DNA of 58,347 bases from the NCBI GenBank assembly GCA_030141605.1, contig JAQGDQ010001161.1, positions 1 to 58,347 of the forward strand, in the 5' to 3' direction. Origin of the DNA: Tubiluchus corallicola (Eukaryota; Animalia; Priapulida). Position 1 is the first letter of the stretch. Each line of letters opens with the position of its first letter. The notes under the pieces were generated by a model. That model had not been told where the DNA came from. It did not search any database and saw only the letters and a list, made by a program, of their open reading frames with translations. Shown here one piece after another: positions 48,019-58,347 of the stretch. Made by a program: the position numbers and the translations under genes.

Positions 48019-48810
48019 ATGCTTTGTAAGAAATCTGAACATTACACAGGCATGAAACCCCACAAATGTGACTTGTGTGGCAAATCATTTTCTCAGCGAG
48101 GTAGTCTTCGCAGGCACATGAACACTCACACTGGATTGAAACCCCACAAATGTGACTTATGTGGCAAATCATTTTCTGAGCGAGGCCATCTTCTCAGTCA
48201 TATGAACACTCATACTGGAATGAAACCCCACAAATGTGATTTATGTGACAAATCATTTTCTGAGCGAGGTAGTCTTCTCAGGCACATGAACACACATACT
48301 GGAATGAAACCCCACAAATGTGACTTATGTGACAAATCATTTTCTGAGCGAGGTAATCTTCTCACGCACATGAATACTCATACTGGATTGAAACCCCACA
48401 AATGTGACTTATGTGGCAAATCATTTTCTACGCAAGGTAATCTTCTCAAGCACATGAATACTCATACTGGATTGAAACCCCACGAATGTGATTTATGTGA
48501 CAAATCATTTTCTGAGCGAGGTAATCTTCTCAAGCACATGAACACTCATACTGGAATGAAACCCCACAAATGTGACTTATGTGACAAATCATTTTCTGAG
48601 CGAGGTAGTCTTCTCAAGCACATGAACATTCATACTGGAATGAAACCACACAAATGTGACTTATGTGACAAATCATTTTCTGAGCGAGGTAATCTTCTCA
48701 AGCACATGAACACTCATACTGGATTGAAACCCCACAAATGTGACTTATGTGACAAATCATTTTCTGAGCGAGGTAGTCTTCTCAGGCACATGAACACTCA
48801 TACGGCATAG
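48019..48810 (+). CDS. C2H2 zinc-finger protein with nine tandem fingers (true start uncertain)
   Basis: Nine copies of HKCDLCxKSFSxxGxLxxHMNTHTG with TG(M/L)KP linkers; 84-bp units nearly identical. Confidence 0.85.
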   Translation: MLCKKSEHYTGMKPHKCDLCGKSFSQRGSLRRHMNTHTGLKPHKCDLCGKSFSERGHLLSHMNTHTGMKPHKCDLCDKSFSERGSLLRHMNTHTGMKPHKCDLCDKSFSERGNLLTHMNTHTGLKPHKCDLCGKSFSTQGNLLKHMNTHTGLKPHECDLCDKSFSERGNLLKHMNTHTGMKPHKCDLCDKSFSERGSLLKHMNIHTGMKPHKCDLCDKSFSERGNLLKHMNTHTGLKPHKCDLCDKSFSERGSLLRHMNTHTA

Positions 48811-48829
48811 ACAATGAGTCAACATACAC

Positions 48830-48998
48830 ATTACAATGAGTCATAGGCAATACAATGAGTCAACAAAGACATTACAAAGAGTCAACATAGACATTACAGT
48901 GAGTCAACATAGGCATTACAATGAGTCAACATAGACATTACAGTGAGTCAACATAGACATTACAATGAGTCAACATAGGCATTACAACGAGTCAACAT
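48830..48998. repeat. Tandem repeat of about 22 bp, most units containing TGAGTCA
   Basis: acattacaatgagtcaacatag, about 8 copies. Confidence 0.9.
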
Positions 48999-49424
48999 GT
49001 TACAGATGCCATTGTGTAATCATGATAGTCGTCTGTTGTAAAAAAGACAGACTGTGACTTTAATGTTCTGTTTGAATACTTGCGGCATCAACCATTAAAA
49101 CACACTAGCTGTTGGTCAGTCAGTTAGTCATGGATTACTTAAATCTACAAAAGCAAATAAATAAAAGGCGATACAAAGAAAAAATAAATGATTACCAATT
49201 AGCGAACTAACTGCTTAATGGAGTGACTTACGGCAGATTGCTTGATTAACCAACTGGCTGGCTCGCCGACTTATCCACTGACTGACGAACAAATGAACAA
49301 CCAACCAATGTTGCAATTTAGGTTCAATTTATGAAGTTAGAGTTTGAAAAATAGGAGTATTTATTTTGACTAGAAAAATATTCATTTGCTAAAGCAGTAG
49401 TCTTTGTCAAATAGGTATAAGGTA

Positions 49425-50540
49425 CACAGGTCCCGATTTTTCATAACGTATTTCTTATGTAAAAATCTTTGTATATAAGGTACTCGCATATAAGGGACTT
49501 TCGGTTATAAGGAACGATATCGTCAGGTCCCGCATATCAGAAACCCAGGTAAATTACCTCGCATATAAGGGACCCTATGGTTAAAGCAAAATTGATCGAT
49601 TTTTAACCTCAATTTTTCACAAACTCTGCCTTTGAACAACTCGGTTTCCGTGGTCACATACATCTCGCATCACTGAAGGAGTTTCCTACATACCGTTTGC
49701 ACTGAATGTGTAGCAATAATCCGTAAAAACGTGGGTAAAAGTGCAGGTCTAGATACACCCTCGGTCTGACTCAACTTCGGCTATAAGGGACATCTGATAT
49801 AAGGGACGATTTTTTCCGGAGGTGTCCCTTATATCCAAGGTTGAGTGTATGTATGCATAGGACACACTTGGGTGCAAAATTGATGCAAAACTGTCTGTTA
49901 TTTTGTTGACCTGTATATTCTAAACTAAATTAAAGCTTCCATTATAAATACTGTCCTACAGAAAATTGTCTATACACTGTATTAGTGAACGATTTCAAAA
50001 AGTATTATAATAACTTTTTAGCATAATATGTAATTTTAGATGAAGTGTTATTATATGATGTAATTTGTGGGTTTCGATATAAAACAATTTTAAAAGTAAA
50101 ATATATTTTACTATGTATCATTTAGTTTAATATATGTGATATAGTGTAGTGTATTTATACCATTAAATGTGTGCGGGTGTGTGTGTGCATGTTAGTGTGA
50201 TGTATTGGATTTGACGACTTGAGAAAGCACTGGGATTAGTATATAAAAAACATGTTCTGACGTTGACAACAGAGATGGTACATCTCAAGCTATATAGATT
50301 AAAAGTGTATTACACACTTCTTGTTTTAACTACTACTACAATATCCAAAAATGAACGTGTTAAAAACCAGGAACTAAAACTTGAAGAACCTGCCAAACCA
50401 GATTCATTTATCGAGTAAAAGCTACAGACTCTCTTGTTAAGCAATGAGCCATCAATGTTTTTCAAACGCATCAGACGGTATATACATTTTCCTTTGACTT
50501 TTCATAGTTAATAATCATTTACAAGTATCAATTAACAAGG
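49425..50540 (+). repeat. Second copy of the duplicated block (pogo-like MITE plus flank)
   Basis: Aligns to 41870-42590 and 43790-44120. Confidence 0.75.
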
Positions 50541-50545
50541 TAAAA

Positions 50546-50945
50546 CTGATGTACTTGGATTAAAGAACAGAAATTATCAAGAATAAATAAATTATTGCAA
50601 AGTGCAAATAAATAAATAAACTAAACTAAACTATCCTTAATTTATTAACTTGAATCAGGTAACCCTGATGTACTTGGATTAGAGAACAGAAATTATCAAG
50701 AATAAATAAATTATTGCAAAGAGCAAATAAATAAACTAAAGCTAAACTAAACTATCCTTAATTTATTAACTTGAATCAGGTAACACTGATGTACTTGGAT
50801 TAGAGAACAGAAATTATCAAGAATAAATAAATTATTGCAAAGAGCAAATAAATAAATAAACTAAAACTAAACTATCCTTAATTTATTAACTGGAATCAGG
50901 TAACACTGATGTACTTGGATTAGAGAACAGAAATTGTCAAGAACT
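50546..50945. repeat. Tandem repeat of about 120 bp, about 3.3 copies, downstream of the lectin stop
   Basis: ctgatgtacttggatta...gaatcaggtaac units. Confidence 0.9.
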
Positions 50946-50964
50946 CAAGGAAGAAAAACATAAA

Positions 50965-52697
50965 TTAATTAGCATCGGATTCACAGATGTAAGAGCTCTG
51001 TGTTTCACATTTTCTGTCATTCATTAAATAAGCGCGAGTTCGTTTAACTTCCAAACACCGCTCAATTCCTCCATGATTAAGTGGTTCTGGACCCTCGACA
51101 TCGTCCCACGCAGTAAATAGGCAAGGTTGACCATTGGAAATCCATCTAAAATCATGTTCACGATGTTGGTCTGTTCCACCGATCCAGGTATAGCTAAAAT
51201 CTATATAAAAAGACATTTAATTCAATTAATTTAAACATAATTTATTACATACGCATTTACACCAAAATGTTCCCACACAAGAATATAGTTTGTGAAGTGG
51301 ATTAGGGTTAGGATTAGGAGTAGAATTAGGGTTGGGTTAAGGATAGTGATGGGTTAGTGTTAGCGTAGGGATAATGTTAAAGATAATATAACGAATGTTC
51401 CAAATGTAGAATAATTTGGTTTAGTAAGCAGTTTCAAAATAGTGTCCATTTTGAAGCAAAAATAGCGTTGCAATAATAAAGTGTCAAAACTATCCTTGCA
51501 GAGAATTGATTTCAATGAAATGCATTACAAGCAGTGCCTATTTCAGCCTAAGCGAGGCCCGGGGAAGTGGGGCGTGTGAGGCCTTATCGGATACGCTACA
51601 ATGGTTGGCGCCCATTTTTGAACTGCTAGAACGCCGGAGAAGCATTTTCGAAGAGAAAATATGGAGTTAAAGGAAAGAACAATTGAAAGAAAAACTGCTT
51701 TATTCTCTAGACCAGCCCTTAATACTTGTCAATACTGGCAAGAGAGAGAGAGAGGGGGGGAGAGAGAGAGGGAGAGGGAGACAGAGAGAGACAGAGAGAG
51801 AGAGAGACAGAGAGAGAAAGAGAGACAGACAGACAGACAGAGAGAGAGGGGGGAGGGAGAGAGGAGGCAGTATGTTCGTATAAAGCAAAAAAATATTACC
51901 TTGGCGCGAGGCCCCGGGGAAGTATCCCCACTTCCCCTTGAAATAGGCCCTGATTTGAAGTTGAAACAAACTTTGTAAATCAAGATCTGCTGGTTTATAC
52001 TTGTTTATAAGTCTATATTACAGGTTATGTTACAACATAGTAAGAAAAACTATAGGCGACTTTAAATACTTGCCATTTGCACTCAGGTAATTCGTTATGA
52101 AGTGATACTCTGCGGCCGTTTCTATAGCAACCAATTCACTACCTTCGATTCTGCAAGTCATCATAGCTTTCCACCAGGTAACAGGATCTTTGCGAAAAAC
52201 GTAACATTTTCCATTGTAATATTCTCCACCATTTTGACAACAAGTGGTCTAAACCAAACGCGAAAAGTTTATTGTATTCAGTTATTAAAATGGCAGCATA
52301 GATGGCAGCACCTAGCTTCATTGTACAATACCAACTTCCACAATGTCAGTTTAGAAGCTTTATAATATCAGTGTATGTGTGGCAGAAGAAGCAAGTTTGC
52401 CATCAGGTGTTCTTCAAAAAAAATCTTATTTGTTTACAAAAAATGCATTTTGTATAAAGCATCTAAGTAAATCATATTTAAAACAAAATTAATAATGATT
52501 TATTTAAAAATTCCACTGTTTTTTAATGCAATCTGTAATAAACTGTTATTTTTTAATCTATTGGCTTTCTTAAACTTTAAACTGATAATTATAATCGTTA
52601 CCTTGTTAGTGTCATTGGACCCACTTTCAGTGCCTGCGCTTGAACCATACACGGTGAGTAACAATAATAGTGAGTCAATCAGTAAGTCAGTCTTCAT
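50965..52697 (-). CDS. Secreted single-domain C-type lectin, about 168 aa. Exons 52697-52602, 52248-52074, 51200-50965
   Basis: Signal peptide MKTDLLIDSLLLLLTVYGSSA, then CCQNGGEYYNGKCY..TWWKAMMTC..LVAIET..WIGGTD..FRW..W...EP..ERC..ND..C...YICE. Phases are consistent. Confidence 0.92.
51532..51952 (+). mobile_element. hAT-like MITE in the lectin intron
   Basis: Paralog of 41081-41695; degenerate TSD attacaag / atttgaag. Confidence 0.85.
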
Positions 52698-53137
52698 CGT
52701 AGAGGAATGAGGCTAGTTAATATCTCTTTATTTACGTAGCAGTAACGGTGGAAGGGATACTACAATAGCAAATACGACAACATGCACACTAATTCAGAAT
52801 TCATATATTCACGGCCATATTAATTAAATCATAATTTTTCATTTTTTTGTGCATAGTTGTAAATATGTTTGATTTTATTCGTCGTTACTTTCCATTACTG
52901 CACAGTAGTTTAGATTGCACTGACGCATTTGCCTTTAGCAGTGTAAGTTTTTATTAACTAACACTGATTGATCATCTCTCTAAAGTTTTTATCAGTGATT
53001 ATCAATGTATTTTAATGACAAATCTATATATTATCAATATATATATACTTATTTTACATACTCATCATATACAATTATGTTGGGACATGTACCAGTTGAA
53101 GACGGCATTCATTCTGTCATAACATTAAGGGCATGTA

Positions 53138-54256
53138 GGGTCAAATGGCACAGGCAAAAATGACACATAACGTTCCGGACAGCAATAAACAGTTTCTAGA
53201 AGGGGTTTTCTTGAAATGGAACTTGGATCTAACTTAGTGGAGGTAATAAAAAAAGATGTATCATATCGTGTAATCAAGTCCTCCTCTTTCAAAGAGCTAA
53301 CACTTTCTCTCTGAGACCCTCACGACAGAAAGCGAAAATGACTAAAACAATTATCCACTATAATCTAATCATATGCTAACCATAATCGTAAACTCACGTT
53401 TTTTGAATGCCGCATTTTTTCCTACTAATATTTGTCCTATTTTTGCCGTTTTTTTTATAATAATGCCCATGCATTTTTTCCATTTTTTCTTATGCCATTT
53501 TTACCTGTGCCATTTTACCTACTTTTCCATTTGTACAATCTTTTTCTGTGCCATTTTTACCGACTTTTCCATTTATGGCATTTATCTTGTGCCATTTTTA
53601 CCCACTTTTCCATTTGTGCCATTTTTTCCTATGCCATTTTCACCATGTCATTTTTACCTATACCACTGTGCCATTTTACCATACCATTTTTACCTATACC
53701 ACTTTGCCATTTTTGCTTATACCACTGTGCCACTTTTACCCATTCCACTGTGCCATCTTACCATGCCATTTTTACATATACCACTGTGCCATTTTCACCA
53801 TGTCATTTTCACCTACACGTCTGTGCCATTTTACCATGCCATTTTCACCCATACCACTGTGCCATTTTCACCATGTCATTTTCACCTACACGTCTGTGCC
53901 ATTTTTACCATGCCATTTTTACCTATACCACTGTGCCATTTTTACCATCATTTTCACCTATACCACTGTGCCATTTTTACCATGCCATTTTACCTATACC
54001 ACTGTGCCATTTTACCATGCCATTTTTACCTATACCACTGTGCCATTTTTGCCTATACCACCATGCCATTTTTACTTATACCACTGTGCCATTTTTACCT
54101 ATACCACTGTGCCATTTTTACCAAGGAATTTTACCTATACTACTGTGCCATTTTTACCAAGCCATTTTTACCTATTCCCCTGTGCCATTTTACCATGCCA
54201 TTTTTACCTATATCACTATGCCATTTGTTCATGTGCCACTTTTACTGCCCACCACC
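53138..54256. mobile_element. DNA-transposon-like element with an expanded tgccattttt subterminal array
   Basis: Left end aaatggcacagg..aaaatgacac is complementary to the long right-hand gtgccattttt array. Explains the Phe/His/Cys ORFs. Confidence 0.55.
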
Positions 54257-54614
54257 TTGACTGAGCATAACATAAACAAAGTGAAACGTTCAGCTGTAAA
54301 AATCAATATAACACACGTGCAGTTAATATGAATAGAGGTTTTAAAAATGAATATGCAACTTTACTAACCTGACACAGTCACAGTTGACGCGAAGATTTAC
54401 TAACATGTTAAGATTCTAATGTTTCAATTGTTAAAAATCACAAAGCTTAGGAGTGTTCTGTATTTACTTCGTCATTGTTCCGAGAAACAATCGAGCATCA
54501 TTGTCTAGTAGACTGCGGAAATGTTGCATTTGTTCTATTTAAAAAGCTGTATATGAAGTGTGACAACACAGCTTTTAAAACAGATGTAAATTTTACAACT
54601 AATAGCGCGATGCG

Positions 54615-55150
54615 CGCTAAAAGTGGCACAGGTAAAAGCGGCACAAATGTAGGAGAAAGGGCAAACACGTTACACTGACCCAATGGATTTCTATAATAGA
54701 ATAGAATGCCATTTTAGCTCCTTTTCCATTTGTACCATTTTTTCGGTGACATTTTACATACATTTCCATGTGTGCTATTTTCCCTGTGCCATTTTTACCT
54801 ACTTTTCCATTTGTACCATTTTTTCGGTGACATTTTTACCTACATTTCCATGTGTGCTATTTTCCCTGTGCCATTTTTACCTACTTTTCCATTTGTACCA
54901 TTTTTCCCGTGCCATTTTAACTACTTTTACACGTGTGGTATTTTCCCTGTGCCATTTTCACCTACTTTTCCATTTGTACCATTTTTTGTGTGCCGTTTTT
55001 ACTGTGCCTTTTTACCTACTTTTCCATTTGTACCATTTTTATTATACCATTTTTACCTGTGCTATTTTCACCTACTTTTCCAATTGTACTATATTTTCCT
55101 GTGCCGTTTTTACCGTGCCATTTTTTCTCATGCCATTTTTACCGTGCATT
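54615..55150. mobile_element. Related element with a tgccattttt array
   Basis: Left end aaaagtggcacaggtaaaagcggcac followed by complementary repeats. Confidence 0.5.
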
Positions 55151-55548
55151 TTTTCTGTATCATTCTTAACCACATCAGTACCCTTAGCAGTCATTGCTAT
55201 TTATAATTATTAGTTTTGTATAAAATAACTAATATTACAAAACTACTTCCTTTAAGCATAAAACGGAATGACTTTTTCAATATCGCACCACGAGCTTTGT
55301 CGCCTGGCAATGTGATTCAAGAAGTTGTATCGTGTATCGCAACGTTAAGCATGTAGCTTTCAATTTAAACGACTTTCTTGGCCTGTGTACGTTCTATACC
55401 GCTGTCCTTTGAACCGACTAAGTTTCGACATTCGAGAAAGACGTTGAAACTAATATGTCGTTGAGCGTTACGCGTCTTATGCTTTGACGTAATGCAGTTT
55501 TGAAGGGCGTCCTAAGGCTGCGTCTCCATAGTGAATGTTCACATGGTA

Positions 55549-56150
55549 TAAACATTGCTGGCACTCGTATATTGTTCACACTGTGACATTGCTGGCACTC
55601 GTATATTGTTCACACTGTGGTTTCTAGTCAGAATAAACATTGCTGGCACTCGTATATTGTTCACACTGTGGTTTCTAGTCAGAATAAACATTGCTGGCAC
55701 TCGTATATTGTTCACACTGTGGTTTCTAGTCAGAATAAACATTGCTGGCACTCGTATATTGTTCACACTGTGACATTGCTGGCACTCGTATATTGTTCAT
55801 ACTGTGGTTTCTAGCCAGAATAAACATTGCTGGCACTCGTATATTGTTCACACTGTGGTTTCTAGTCAGAATAAACATTGCTGGCACTCGTATATTGTTC
55901 ACACTGTGGTTTCTAGTCAGAATAAACATTGCTGGCACTCGTATATTGTTCACACTGTGGTTTCTAGCCAGAATAAACATTGCTGGCACTCGTATATTGT
56001 TCACACTGTGGTTTCTAGTCAGAATAAACATTGCTGGCACTCGTATATTGTTCACACTGTGACATTGCTGGCACTCGTATATTGTTCACACTGTAAACAT
56101 TGCTGGCACTCGTATATTGTTCACACTGTGGTTTCTAGAGAGAATAAACA
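55549..56150. repeat. 51-bp minisatellite with interspersed 34-bp short units
   Basis: aaacattgctggcactcgtatattgttcacactgtggtttctagtcagaat. Confidence 0.95.
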
Positions 56151-56235
56151 GTTAACAGACCTAGTAAAGTGCTTCATTCAGCAGGAATTATTATCTTAAA
56201 ACATAAACTTACTTTAAGTTTTCTAAAACGCTAAG

Positions 56236-57394
56236 ATGAAGCCATATTTTGCCTTGTTGGTGGTTTTACAATTTCTTTGGCTTCTACGTGGAATTGTTGC
56301 ACAGCTGGTACCGGTTTCTGTAGCTTTTCAGAAATACCCGGAAGACATGAGAATAACTCAACAAGTGACGGCTATTAAACTTACAAGGAGCAGGTAAGAT
56401 AATTCTTTTTTCATCCAGTTCGTCATTCTGCAACCCTTGTCAAAAACTACCTCTGTAAGTAAGCTTTAATCAATACTGAAGTGTTTAATGAATATTTAAT
56501 ATTTAATAACATTTCTTTTGTTAACGACACAGGTATATTTTTTAAACTTCAGAAAAATAAAAAATAAAATAAATAAATGCGTAAATTGATAAAATAAAAT
56601 TAATGGGTCTATGAAGTCAACATAATATAATATAACATAACATAGCATAGCATAACATAATACAACATAACATAACAAGACATAACATAGCATAAAATAA
56701 CATAGCATAACATAGCATAGCATAGCATAACATAACACAACACAACATAACATAAATTAACTTAACTTAACGTAACATAACATAATATAATGTAACGTAG
56801 AAACACTGTTAACCTAGTTTCTACGTGGTCGTTATTAATTACATGTATTTGCATCAGGGTTGTATTTAAGCAGGCTGCTAGTGTAATGTCTTGCTCCTGT
56901 TCGTTATGTGGTACTTATATGAAAACAGCGGTCACTAACTGCCTGTGGTGTGTTAGAAAATTCGCCGTTTACATGAATATGAAAGTACATATAACATTTT
57001 CCGAGAACAATAAGATTTTTTTCTAAAATGGCGCCCTAGGCTATAACATAGTTAGTACCCCCTGCTGTACCCCGGTCACTTTTCGTGTTACTAACAACAA
57101 TTCCTTGATTACAATTTCAAGATGGCTGCAGTTAACATACAATATTTTTCCAGACTAGAATGTGCGTGGGTGTGTGGTACTCAGCCGAATCGCGTTTGCA
57201 ACAGTTTTAGTGTTAAAAAGCGTGGTACATTGACCGGAAATGACGTCAGTCTGACAGAAACTCCAAACTTGGAATGCAGAACAAGCAGCGCAGAACCGTT
57301 TCGACAAGGATTGTGGTTTGCTACGCCCACGCCAGGTTTCGAACTTTATTACAGGGACTATGGTCGAGTGAGTTGTGTTGTTTTTGTACAATAG
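56236..57394 (+). CDS. Secreted PAN/apple-domain protein. Exons 56236-56393 and 57154-57367 or 57394; may continue beyond the window
   Basis: Signal peptide MKPYFALLVVLQFLWLLRGIVA. A phase-2 GT-AG join gives TRSRLECAWVC...CNSF...C..., the PAN CxxxC..CxSF..C pattern. Possible donor gtgagt at 57368. Confidence 0.8.
56625..56795. repeat. (CATAA/CATAG)n pentanucleotide repeat
   Basis: Seen directly. Confidence 0.95.
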
Positions 57395-57551
57395 TATTAG
57401 CATCACTTTTCGTGTTGAATTGTTCAGTATAATTGTAAAATTCTGTAATTTGCTAACTGAACGTAATGTAATTTAATTGAAATTGTGTATAGAAGTGAAA
57501 TAGTTCAAGTTTATCGAAGAACAATACAATGTACATAAATAATCACCTGCC

Positions 57552-58347
<796 letters not shown>

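Noticed and set aside
48019-48810. Calling the ZF gene PRDM9
   Set aside because: No PR/SET, SSXRD or KRAB exons are visible; only the array pattern is similar.
49500-49535. Missing astacin N-terminal exon (minus strand reads GPDDIVPY)
   Set aside because: It lies in the repeated subterminal motif of a MITE, lacks the conserved Trp and has no fitting splice sites.
53373-55213. Phe/His/Cys-rich ORFs
   Set aside because: Open in all three frames because the repeat lacks stop codons; non-coding.

Overview
AT-rich, repeat-dense eukaryotic genomic DNA, probably an invertebrate; there is no sign of prokaryotic sequence or CRISPR. Most entries in the ORF track are artefacts of micro- and minisatellites. 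Manual splicing on GT/GC-AG boundaries with phase checks gives these genes: (1) a minus-strand gene with two MYT1-type C2HC zinc fingers, a TATA/CCAAT promoter near 14.8 kb, and a CDS that runs off the left edge; (2) inside one of its introns, a 5.2-kb cassette bracketed by an identical 137-bp direct repeat and carrying a spliced 383-aa orphan ORF; (3) a tentative 7-exon orphan gene; (4) a 2.16-kb tandem triplication with CS-alpha-beta defensin-like exons; (5) an intronless class A GPCR whose last codons seed a 2.7-kb minisatellite; (6) the 3' three exons of an astacin metalloprotease; (7) a homogenised nine-finger C2H2 array; (8) a secreted C-type lectin; (9) a secreted PAN/apple-domain protein. 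Between them lie hAT and pogo-like MITEs, a solo LTR, CR1/L2 and RTE LINE fragments, SINE heads and satellites. All family assignments come from motif recognition by eye; no database searches were run.
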